A DNA stretch of 62,119 bases, filler included, from Bipalium vagum (lineage: Eukaryota): NCBI GenBank assembly GCA_037834085.1. It is 3 parts of 3 records of this genome, joined end to end, with 100 filler letters (N's around TTAATTAATTAA, not from the genome) between each part and the next. Parts side by side here need not be neighbours in the genome. Positions count along the whole stretch, not along the records: positions 20,080 to 46,267 come from JBBMKC010158002.1; 2 more parts are not named here. One strand, given 5' to 3'. The first letter of the stretch is position 1. Every line of letters begins with the position of its first letter. The notes beneath the pieces are model-generated. The model was not told the origin of the DNA. It did not search any database and saw nothing but the letters and a program-made list of their open reading frames with translations. Below, in pieces: positions 26,324 through 38,691 of the stretch. The translations under genes were made by a program, and so were the position numbers.

Positions 26324-27163
26324 GTAAGTAAATAAGTTGATGTTGATTATAAATAAAGAGTTACGCAATTTTCAGATTGTAGTTTGAAGTTGTGTTTTTA
26401 ACATGTCTTCAATTATAATTCTTAAAATAAGTCCCCAGTTTATAATGAATTTATATAGCTTACAATTAATCAATAATCTCTCAATAAGATTCTAAGAGAA
26501 GATCTTTATAATCTATTGTAGTTGCAGGTTTTAAAAACATAAAACCTCTCACTAACAACTTCTGTCATGGTTTTTGTCAATTACTGTTTATCTTAGGCAC
26601 TATATTCTAAACAATTTCGTTAGAATCAATTGATAATTGTAATCAATTTCTCTAGCTGAAAATTCTTGAGTGCCCCGTAACTCATTATCCGCATTTATTA
26701 TTCGGGAATTGTGAAGCAGTTAGAATCAATATTTAAACTGTTATTTAAATATTGTATTTAATTTAAGCGTTGAAAACATGCCACCAAGAACGTAGCAATT
26801 ATATGTCTGCTACATCGATTATTGGGATCGATTAATCATTTCAATTTATCTAACGAACCCAATGATCGTTTGAAAAAGACATTTCATACTGAAAATATTG
26901 AAAGGTTTTAAAATAATTCTTTTTAATTTCATTGGTTAAATTTTTCAATTATATTTTGATCATTTTTGATTATGACCAATTAATATAGATTTTTTTATCT
27001 TGTTGATAATATTTATTAATTATTTATTTTAAAAAATCAATTATTTTTTATTTGATTATTATTATTAATGTTTCATTTCTATTGTTTTATAATTTAAATA
27101 TTTTTTGAATTATATTGTAATTTTTGTTACTATTATTTTTTATGATTATTTTTATTTGATTTC

Positions 27164-27167
<4 letters not shown>

Positions 27168-27204
<37 letters not shown>
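27168..27204. repeat. (ATT)n microsatellite
   Basis: Visible tandem ATT run. Confidence 0.9.
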
Positions 27205-28231
27205 GTTTTAATATCATTGATTAATAATAGTTGAGAATTCTTATGTAATTTTAATAATTAAAAAAAATTTTTTAAAGTAAAATAGTACAAGAAGTAATAA
27301 TAATAGTAATAAAATAAAAATTATTTAAAAAATTAATAATAATAATAATTAATATAATAATAATAATCATATTAAAAATTAATAATATAAATAATAATGT
27401 ATAATATCATATAAAAATAAATATAAAGAATAAAAATAATGATTAAAAAAAATAATAATCAATAAAATATTATAAATGATCCTAATAATATTAATAAGGA
27501 AATAAAACAGTAATAGTAATAATAGTAACGAAAAATTTTGCAGTGTATTAATTTATATTGTATATGATAATTATAGAAAATATTTTTAGATATTTATTTA
27601 ACAATTCGTTAATTTTACGCAATATTTGATCTAATTATTTTTTTATTTTGTTATCTAGAATTTACAAAATTTCAATTTTTCTTATTAAATTTTGTTTTAA
27701 ATTATCGAAATGCTTTATTACAATTCACAACTTTTTTTTTGGTTACAGTCATGCTTGATCAATAATATTTTTGTTTTATTTTATAAAATTTCATTTTAAT
27801 CAGTTCAAAAGGAAAGAATATTTTTCATGCTCAATAACTTTTGCGTTGTTTATTTTGAAGATCTAAACGAAATAAAAATCTGAAATCAATCAAAAATATC
27901 CCTTTGAAAAAGGTATTAAAATGACTGAGATTTCTTTCTACTATTTTATAAATAAAATAAAGGAAAAATTTGATTTTAACAGTCTAAACTAAACCAAAAA
28001 AATCTAAGTTGAATTTTCTGATGATAATTCGCAATGACTTTATTTTTGACATTACTGTTAAAACTAGTCTGAAATCGATTTTAAAGTACACACGACTCTT
28101 TTATCAAATTTGTCACGTAGTAAAAAATTAGTTAAAAATATAAATAATAATAAAAATCAACAATACTAATAGTAATATTAATAATTATAATAGTAATAAT
28201 AGTAATAATACTAGTAACAATAATAAGCGTA

Positions 28232-28283
<52 letters not shown>

Positions 28284-28287
28284 TAAT

Positions 28288-28319
<32 letters not shown>

Positions 28320-28320
28320 A
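28232..28320. repeat. (AAT)n microsatellite
   Basis: Visible tandem AAT run with minor interruptions. Confidence 0.9.
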
Positions 28321-29029
28321 AAGTAAAACAACGTAGCAAAATAACTGTGATTTATATTAAAATGTTAAAATTTAATAATATATTTTTAAAATGAATTTAT
28401 ATTCTAATTTTAAAAATAATAATTTTCTATTATTTTAGAGTCTGTGTTTGAAGAGTTACACTCGAATGGTACTTTTCAGTACTAGAAGGAAGGATAAGGT
28501 TCATGAAGTTATAAATAAAGATTTTTCGATTGATGTAAAAAAGTTTGTTACTACCTCAAAAAAGATTTTATAAAGTCTATGTTTGTATCTGCCAACAAAG
28601 AAAAATATAAAAAGAAATTTCCTATCGTTTAAATATAATTCCATGAAATAAATTTTGAAAAACCAGATTTTTTGAAAAATTGATTGGAAACGTTATTATT
28701 CTCATTAAAAAAGACAACTTAAAATATTTTAAAAATTTTCTTTAGATTGTTTTTAGTTTATATTTAGATTTGTAGGGTATCCATCTATCTTTTAAGTGTA
28801 ATCAGTTCTAGAAATGTTTTTACTTTTGAAGTTTAATTTTATTTTGTTCTATACGAAAGATATATTTATTAATTTAGGAGTCTTGTTTAATTATTAAAAA
28901 AGATATTTTACGTCGTTCGGAACTGATTTATTGTTCTTAATCTTTATCTGAATTAGTTTAAATAAGTTATCATTAATAATGTATGATAAAATACAACATA
29001 AGAATACCACTTAAGTATATCTAAATGAA

Positions 29030-29330
29030 ACTTTCACATGAATTATGACGGAGAATGTGTAAATTGTCAGAACACACTAAACGCTCATTTCGATGAATAT
29101 TTTAGATGAAACACACGTCAATCGTCGAGGAATTTTAAATTACAAAATTTAAATTACAAAAAGATAAAGACAATCCTCATTCAGTTTCTGAAGATTTTCA
29201 GTACAAAAAATTACTGTATAATGTAAACTTGGACAGCCTGGTGTTGTTATGTCGTTTTCTTTGAAGAAACTTTTGATAGCGCCATTTGTTTACAATGTTG
29301 TAATTATTTTTATTATTAATTTTTTCTTGA
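29030..29330 (+). mobile_element. Tc1/Tc3-like transposase remnant
   Basis: NAHF...VNRR...NPHSVSEDFQYKKITV*C resembles the Tc3-type FSDEAHF..VN..N...NPH..E....KITVWC motif. Confidence 0.55.
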
Positions 29331-29974
29331 AGTTCAAAATTTATTCCAACCTGCTAAGAATTATTGGAAGTCCATGGTTTCAATAAAATCACTAGTAAAA
29401 TAATAATTCGGACTGTGATGGAACATCCGAGGATTTTCATAAGATTTAAAACAAACATATTATATTATTGATTTATTAAAATGCAATTGAAAATATTTAT
29501 TTTATTGATTTTTTAAAATACAATTGAAAATATTATTATTTTATTGATTTTTTAAAATACAATTGAAAATATTATTATTTTCTGTTTAATTTTTTAAAAA
29601 ATCCTGACAATTGACATTTTAGAATTTCCATAACATAAATTTTGTTGATAGGAAACTGAGGCGATGAATTCAATATTTTTGTGAAATATAAAAGATAGAT
29701 TTATATTCTTTATAGTTCTCAAAAATTTATTTTTATTTTGACGAATTTTGTTAGGAGCTCCTATAAAAATAGAATTTTAATTTTAATTTATTTTTGATAC
29801 ATGGAGTAAACTTCCTCTAATTATTTTGAGATCAAAAACTTTTAGTTAACAATTATTAAAAAATAAAATTTAATAAGAATAAAAACCATTATGAATTGTT
29901 TTTGAAAAGGAATATAATTATTTTTCATAATATTTCTATGAATCTCGTTAAAGTTACAAGTTTTACAATTCTTA

Positions 29975-31990
29975 TATTGAGTTGAAAAAGTCTTATCGTA
30001 TTTTTAAGAAAAACTCAAAGTCAAGTTTTTATTATTATAAAAATGTTTTTCAACAATATATGTACCATTTAAATCAACGAATTTTCTCCATCTGTCAGGT
30101 TATTTGAAAATTCCATCCTTCCAGATTTTCTCTGGTTTCATTAGGTGTTAATTCCACTGGATTTTTTAAAAAAAAGAATTTATTTTAAAGACACAACACA
30201 TAATTATATGTTACATATTTCCCATCGTTATCTAAAACATTGGTTCAAATTTCTTTTAACTTGTGGATGCCATTGTAAAAGAAATTTTTTTCTTTAGACA
30301 AAATCCATTCATCTAGCCAAAATATGATTTCATCATATTTGCGAAAGCGCTGTTCCCACAGCCCATGTGCCATCGATCTGAATAAATGAAAATCAGATAG
30401 CGCCCAACCAAGTTTTTTACAATTATCCTTGACTGAATTTGGTACATGAGGTCGAGCACTGTCATATAACAAAATAACTTTCCCATGTCTCTTATTCCAT
30501 TCTGATCGTTTCTGCTTCAATTCCATGTCATTTGAATCAATTGTTGTTTATAAAGTTTGGCGTTGACCATTTCACTATAGAAGATGACACCTTTCGGGTC
30601 CCACCAGATACATAAAAATACTTCTTCGAATGGATATTTTACTTGGCAGTCGACGTTGATGATTGGCCTGGATCAACCAATGATTTCATGCGCTTTGGAT
30701 TATAAAAAATCCATTTTTCATCTCTTGTAACGTTACGATGTAAAAACTACTTTCTTTGGTATATTTCCATTAAAATTTCACAGGTTGTTTTTCGTTTTTT
30801 ATACTCCTTTCATTTAATTCATGAGACATCAGTTTTCTGTCGACTTGGATTTTTCCCATACTGTGTAGTCGATTGGAAATGGCGTGTTGTGACAGATTAA
30901 GTTTGGTAGCAAGTTGTTTTTAGGTTTGCGTATTATTCTGGAATAATAGGTCTTCTAATTCTGCATCTTTAAATTTTTTGGTTGACCTGGGCGTTCCTAT
31001 CTTTGAGATCATAATCACCTGTTCTGAATCGCTTTAACAAAGCATTCGCAAGTGTCTGTCGATGGAGCATGATTATCATAAGCTTCTCAAAGTAGGATAC
31101 AGTTTTTTCAGCAGTTTTCTTTAAATCTAATAATGCAGCATAGAATGCCACAAAGGTTCTTTCGTTGACTCATATTGACATATAGATTATTAAATATTTT
31201 GAAATTTGAAATTTTTTTAACAATTAAAATTTTACCTTTAGAAAGCTTGATTAAAACAATTACTAAAATGATAAAAAATCATTAAATAGATTTATAAGAA
31301 ATAAATATTTCCATTTTTAAAAATATGCAGAATTATCTGTTACATCTAATAGATCGATAAACTCCACCAGGTTCTTTTGGCAATCCTCTAAAGAAATGAA
31401 ATTTTTTCCATAAATAGAATTCTGTAAGGATCAAAGTAAATAAAAATCTGATGGTGCGAGATCTGATGATTAAGTTGAATAGGGCAAAATATCCTAGCCA
31501 AATTGTAATATCTTCTGTTGGGTCTGTAAAGAAATATGTGGTCTAGCATTGTGCTCTTGAAAGATTACACCATATTTACTGCCGTAATTTATTAGTTTTT
31601 TAAAATTACTTTTCTTCAATTGCTACCTTCGAATTATCGAGATGGATGCATTAATTACAAAAATCGATTCTTTCATTTTGTTTTTTCAGTTTCACCAAAT
31701 ACACAATCATTTTTGGTGAAATTTCGTTTGTGGTTGTTTACCCAAAGTTTTCAAGAATGCTTTCAGACATGTTCTGTTAATTTATAATTTATTAGAACAC
31801 ATTGTTTCCAAATGACAAAGTTAAAATTATTGAATTTTACATACGTAGACGGTCGTCTTAGTAAAAGAAACAATTGTTCATAAAACACAGTCTGAAGATG
31901 TTAAAAATTTAAAAAGGATTTCCGGATCTACTTTCCACACTCATCAAAGATTATCACGAACATATACAGCCAATTTTTTACAACTCAGAA
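29975..31990 (-). mobile_element. Outer decayed mariner, interrupted by a second mariner
   Basis: SDLAPSDFYL motif at ~31435-31465 continues past the insertion as KPEKIWKDGIFK..DRWRKFVDLNGTYIV at ~30055-30140; TIR-like ends near 29975 and 31990. Confidence 0.7.
30141..31350 (-). mobile_element. Inner decayed mariner (Mos1-like)
   Basis: ORF fragments LKRFRTGDYDLKD, RNVTRDEKW, VILLYDSARPH, SDFHLFRSMAHGL, NFFYNGIHKL; ends TTAGGTGTAA and TTACATCTAA. Confidence 0.85.
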
Positions 31991-32608
31991 AATATAAAGC
32001 AGAGAATGGCTAAAAAGATCGGAATAATGTTTGAAAGTCTTCGAAATATAATTATAAATAAACTTAGAATAATTATTTAAAATATCATCCGTGCTCTTTT
32101 TCTTAATAATTCACAGATTTCAGTGCTACATAAATCTATTACTAAATGCTGCTCTGAAGTCTTCATTGGTCACTAGTGTTGGTCACAGACCAGAAGATTT
32201 TGACTTATCAGCAAAACTGTCAGAATAAAAGAAAATTATTCTATATAAAACAAGAAGACAGTATACATAAAAACAACATTCAACCTTAACTTTACGGTGT
32301 TTGTAATGATACTGGGTAAACTCAGGTAATAATTTAAGAACTAAAAATCCACCATAAACTTTTAGTTATCAATGTATCACCGGAATGAACTGTCACTTAT
32401 CCAAATGTAATTATTTTTCCAACATTATTTTGACAATAATTTTATTTTAAATCAAATTTTTCAATGAAAAAAATATTTTTGTTATTGTTAATTAAAACAA
32501 AATCAGCAAATTTCAAATTCTTAAAGTAGTTTGGAATTTTTTTCTTTTTATTGAACAAAATTGCCAATGAAACAGTTCGATAAGCACGACACATTTTGTT
32601 ATGTTTTA

Positions 32609-33419
32609 TTATTCATCCCATAAATAAAATCCGTCATCTTCGATATTATCTGACAGGTTCATACTGTTTTCAGTAAATAAAGTTGCGTCCATATTCTTAA
32701 GTTTGTCTGCCACTATTGATCCTTGCTTTTTAACTGCCTGGTCAGAAATAGCGTTATTTGTCTGTTCATTTTCTTCAACAATTTTTTCTTTATTATTTCC
32801 TGCAATGGAACCTGACAATTCCTTAATATCACTATTATTCTCAATGACAAGCTGGGTTTTCTTTTCAATAGGATTTTCACTGGTAACATTTTCCGATTTC
32901 CAATTTGAATCTTCTTCCTTTTGTTGATTATTATAATCTTTTTCAATCTCATTTTCATCGTTTTCACCAGTTAATAGGGGTTCATTTTGATTCAAGTTAA
33001 ACACCAAGCTTTTCGATTTTCCTAAAGCAAATGGGTCCTTATTGTGACAATAGATTAAGCATTGAAGCAATGTCAAAACTCGAATTATCTGACCTTCACA
33101 AGCAGGGACATTTACCTTTACACATCGATGTATTATATGATCATAGTGATAGGTTTCTACTCTTTCAAGACTTTCACAAGGATTAAAAGAAACAGGCTCT
33201 GTGCAGACATATGTTTTTATATCTGATCTCATGTAACAATCAATTTCTTCCGGATCCTCAAATCCCTGACAGAACCTTACTAAAATGATTTATAGATATC
33301 TTAGTTAATGAAAATTAAACAGAATACCGGGTCTTTTTACATCTCTATCTACTCTTGGAATATTGGCTTTAAAAATTAATCCACTTATTTCTTTGGGATC
33401 TTCCAAGTTTTCAACATAA
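32609..33419 (-). CDS. Last exons of a gene with a divergent Kunitz/BPTI-like domain and acidic tail
   Basis: Exons 33419-33328 and 33279-32609 (48 bp intron) are open; six Cys spaced C-x8-C-x17-C-x7-C-x12-C-x3-C at 33205-33047, with YHYD at the Kunitz YYY position. Confidence 0.7.
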
Positions 33420-34329
33420 CTGAAAAACCAAATAAGAAGAACAAATATCAAAATCATTTATTTTATCGATTTAATAAATAATACTAACACCAAACAGAAA
33501 TTTATGAAAAATAGTTATCGTGTGGGCCTTTGATTTTCAATGATCAATAAAGATACATATATACATAAAAGAAAATAATTTTCATATGAAAACAGCTTTT
33601 GTTTTAATAATAGGAAATTTTCAAATGTCAACTAAATGCGAAAAAACACAAATATAAAGAAAAAATTCAGTTTCATGGGGGATGGCGGGAATAAAACATT
33701 TCCATACAAAAAGCTTCATACAGCTTCGATGCCAAACAGAGAAAGACAGAAAATGTGTTATATTTATTTGCTATTTATTTATTTAATATTTAAATCATAA
33801 AATTTTCACAAAAATTCTTTGACCCAAATTTCCATGAAATACTCTACTGAAATTGATAGGGAATAAGTATTTTGTATACCCTTGAATCTGAAGCATTACT
33901 TTCCATAAACAATAGTAATATTTTTTATTATTTCTTTTGACAAAATTAACTGTCCGACTCTATACTGAACAGTTTAAGGGGTAATAATTCTTTTAATAAT
34001 AACATTTGTGCAATAATTCTTATAAAAAGAGAAAAAATGTGATCTCGTGAGAAATAATTAGTTTTATACTCTCTTAAACTCAATTACCACCATATACCCA
34101 TAAATAATAATCAGGTTGTTTTATTGGATACCTTTCATTGTGTTTTGTCAATTAATATTCTATGGGAATTAAAACAAACAAATTAATAAATTTTGGTATT
34201 TACGTCTGAGGTTATAAAAGTTTCATCTAGCCTAGTATAATTGTATATTTTAATGAAATAACAACAAATATACAAAAAATAATGTTATATATTAATATTC
34301 TGGATATAAAATAAAGTAATGGAAATTTA

Positions 34330-35860
34330 TCTTTGGTTTGTCTCACTGATGCAAGCAGCTCAATATTATTATTTGTGTCCGAAGTCATTTCGAGAGAGTT
34401 CATGTTAATATTTTTCAGAACTGAGCTTCTTTTTTTATTTAATTTTGAAGTACCGTTATGGTCCATATTATTGTCAAATTGTAACACCAAACGACTCTTG
34501 ATTGCTTGGTCAGTCTTAACAAGTTTTCTTATTCAGATTAAGAAATTATTTTATAACATTTAATTTGTATTTTATAATTTAATATTTTTAAAAATACTTT
34601 TTACTTGATTTATTTATTATATTATGCCTGATAATGATAAAAGTACTTACACTCTATCAGAAATATTGAAGACACTCAAATAAAATTTTGCTCGTAAAAA
34701 AATAATCATATAACATTTACTTACTAATTACTAAGTATGAAATTATGATTTGTTTAAATATTATTATTTTTGCTTGCACTGCATTAGATTAATTCAAAAA
34801 ACGTTCGAAAATGTGGAATTTCTCAGTGTGATCTGTGTTGTAATTCTATATAGGGATCTGGGAAAAGTGAAATCATTAATCAACTTCAAAAAGTATATAG
34901 TGAAGAAGTCCCATTTGAGACGATCATTTAATACTGACTCGGAGGATTTTCATCTATCCAAACAAGTTTTCTCAATGAAACCAAAACTAATTATTAATAG
35001 ATCTTTTATTTTTTGAAGGTTCTATTGTTTCATTCTGGTTCTCTGGTTAAGGATTTTTGTTTTTGAACTGGTTTTAGTTTTCTGTTTACTTTTCCCGTAT
35101 TGAATGCGTTTAAACTGTTTAGATCTTTTCTTGTGAACAGTCCTCTTTAGGAATACCCGATTACCTGAGTATACAATATTGATAAATTTGAACACTATAT
35201 CTTTGTTCTTTCCTTGTGATCAGTGTGCATTATGTTCTTTTTTCAACGAGAACACCTTTCTGGATCAGCAAAGGTTTTATGATTTCTGTTACATGCTATT
35301 GGAGCTACACTGTGAAAGACGACATATGATGAATGCTTCAAGCAACTCCCAATTGGTCCTTTCTTCTTTATAAATCGTTATAGGATATATGTTCCTTTCC
35401 AGTGGCACAATAGCGGTTCCTTTGTTATGATCTTCTAAGATTCTAAGAAAATCAAAGGAATGCAAACATTGAGAATAAAAACTATTTAAAACTGATGATC
35501 AAAGCCATTATTCCAGAATTTTTATATCACAGCCACACGGATTGGCTTACTGATACCCAGAAATCATCTTTCTTTAAACTACAATGAGCCATAAAATGAG
35601 TCAAATGAATGTGTGTGCTGAATGATGAAGTAGTATGATCATAACTACTCATAATGGTATTGAATGCTGACGAATGTTTGCCTGAAGAAAAGGAAAATTG
35701 AAATAATCTAAATGAATCAATAAAAAGATAAATTTATGACGGACCTAAGTGTGATATAAGAAAGATGTTGATTTTTTTGGAACATCTTTTGAAATTAGTG
35801 AAGAAATTAATAAAAAAAAGTTGAAAGATATTGTGAAGAATAAACGAAAAATACTCCAAC
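34330..35860 (-). CDS. Probable exons of an unidentified gene (possibly upstream exons of the Kunitz gene)
   Basis: Phase-compatible open segments with GT-AG borders (MLEYFSFILHN...SHL|GKHSSAF...ISGY|QILEDHNKGTAIVPLERN...; KLVKTDQAIKSRL...). No domain recognised and connectivity uncertain. Confidence 0.4.
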
Positions 35861-36699
35861 ATAGCTATGTGGGACACTAAATGTATCCAAAAAGCCATCT
35901 AGCTGCTTTTATAATATTAAAATAAATCTTACATTAATAAATTTGAAAAATTATATAACTGAAACCATTACAGCTTAGATTTCAATCGTGAAAAGGTTAT
36001 ATTGAGTTACAAACCCCAATCTCATAAAAAGTACTTCTGATAAAAGCCCATACATTTTTAGACTAATAATAATAATAACAGGTGAAACTTAAAATATCAA
36101 ATTTTATGAATTAGAAATTTTATTGTACAAAATTTTGGCAAACGTAACAAAAACGATAATATTAATAAATAGAATCCGAATCTCAGAATGCATCTCGAGG
36201 TGAAGTCCTTGTAGTAACTGACACCTGATCAGACTAATTCCAGAATTAGATTTGTTCGCAAGAATAAACTCTTTTGTAAACATAAGGAGAGAGACAGATT
36301 CAATTTACTAATTAGAATAAATAAAATAATTTTAATATTTTCCGTGTGGCAGAGACATTTATAACAAAATTCGTAGAGAGAAAAATTCTTTCTTTCAGAA
36401 ATGTATTCTCAGATTTTCTTTTAATAAAACAATTATTTCTCAATGACAACAATCTTCAATTTGAGCAAAATTAAAATCGAATTAAAAGTGTTTCACTACA
36501 GTATAAAGGTTGAGTAGAACAGAGAGAATGACAGATTGTAAAGCTTTCAGTCTTTTTGATTTTGAGCAAAATCTTTGATCAAATAAAAATGAAACAATTA
36601 AAATTATTTTTATATTATAAATTCATTCAATTTGTTCTTAATAAAATTATTGTAACAATTTATTATTTATAAATAGTCTTTATTTTGGCTTATAGTTTA

Positions 36700-37190
36700 A
36701 TATTTTAAAAATACGTATAATTCTATTGCGATGCACATTTTACAATTATTCGAATAACAAAAATACAATTATTTCAATGTTTTTCAAAATATTCTCCGTT
36801 AATTCTTTAATTTATTTCAATTCAAAGGTGGTATGCTCAAAATCTGGGATTTGAATATCGGTTGATGTGGAAGGTGTCGTGGAGCGTTGGTCATCTTCCA
36901 CGGATTCTCTATTTTCTTTAAAAAGCTTGTACCAGACATTCGTTGGTCACGAAAAAATTTCTGCATCATTTCTAGTTCTCTGAAACACGGCATATTGTTC
37001 GGCTGACAAAATTTCATACAAATTCCTTGACTTTTAAACATTGAGATTTGAAAAATTGTTAGTCGATTTTTTATTGGATGACTTAAACTAGGATATCTCT
37101 TAATATTAATAAGCTTAATAACATAAAACTTATGATTTATATTAATGAAAGTTGAGGAAATCTATCAAAAAAATAAATTCTAAAATTCTA
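36700..37190 (-). mobile_element. Mariner 5' fragment
   Basis: MFKSQGICMKFC...ELEMMQKF resembles the mariner N-terminal HTH. Confidence 0.55.
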
Positions 37191-38691
37191 TTGTCAGAAA
37201 TATTAAAGTGAGGTTTTCTTGGAACTTTTTCAGCTCAGTTAAATTTTCCTTTAAACTGAAATAATTTTAAAAGTTATAATGTTTGATAACTGTATTTCTA
37301 TAACAATTATATAGTTGCGAATTATATAATAAGTAGTCAATTACTTTCTTATGGCAACTTTTCCAAATGTTTTGACTGACCCCAGTAGCTTTAATATTAG
37401 AGTGCTGTCAATTTAATTAAATAATAATCCACTGTTTTTCTAAATATGTACTTAAAAATATAAATAAATAATTTTTTTCAGAAATGAACGATTCATTATA
37501 AAATAAAAAGTGAGAATTAAATATCTTGACATATTGCGCTATATAACGTTTCTGGTAAAAATATAATTTATAATGGAAATAATTAAATTAATTTTATTCT
37601 GATAAAATATGAACGATTTAAAAATTATAGAAAATTTTCACAATTATTAAAATTATTAAACATTTTAAATTTTACAAATCTGTTATAAAAAGTCTATTAA
37701 ATATCAGCAGATAAAATTTACAAATAAAAAGAAGTGACATTTTCTGGAAACACTAGACCGATGTCAGAGCAAAAGAAAAACATGCAATATAAAATCGAAA
37801 TTCAGCATTTACATTCCTCGACACAGCGGAATTTTTAATTAAATTAAAATTTGTCACTGGAAACGTTTTTAAAAAAATAAAAAATATTTCCACAATCATC
37901 GAAAACAACTCTGAAAGATCTCCAAATGGAAAGGATGAAGCAGAACAAGCTTTATAATTTCCCTTTGTGAAAAGTGAATCTTTCATTTATTTCCAATCGT
38001 CTGTGGATCTGTATTCGAAAGTCAGTGATAAAATGATGGAAAGTACATTTCCCATTTTATGATTTATGTTTCCAGAATGAACAGCGCAATTTCTTTAATT
38101 ACCTATCAGCAATCATTCAGTAAAACAATTAATTAGTCGGCTAAATGTCTACATCGTAAATATTCTGAAATATTTTCAGACAGTTTTCACTGCCTCCTTT
38201 TGAATCTGGCAGCCTTTGAAAGTCTTCGAAACATTTACAGATCGAAAATTTCCCAAACACTTTAACAAAATCTGCACTCTTCTTACAATAAACTGAAAAT
38301 CGATCAATTGATTAAAACAAAATTTATTGACATTAAAGTGAAAAAAATCAATTTCTAAATATATAATATTAAAATTTATTCTCACTACCAAAACATGAAA
38401 AGTATTTCCAAAATCATACATTTTTAATACTAGTAAACGATTAAAACATTCTAAAATTGATAACAAATATGTTGAATAAAAAAATGTTAATATCCAATAA
38501 AATATAAACATAACACAATAATGATAACAATATTCCTGCAAAATATAAATGACGAGGAAAGTTAATAACAAAACAAAACCACAAAAAACCCATGTCATTT
38601 AAAGGCACAATTAAACAACATGGAAGATAAAAATGTTACTATTATATACACAAAGGGACCCAGACTCTGGACTTGAGACTCGACGACTTCA

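Noticed and set aside
35310-35385. Plus-strand KQLPIGPFFF as the missing GRK exon 3
   Set aside because: No phase-compatible acceptor, weak match, and it overlaps a plausible minus-strand exon.
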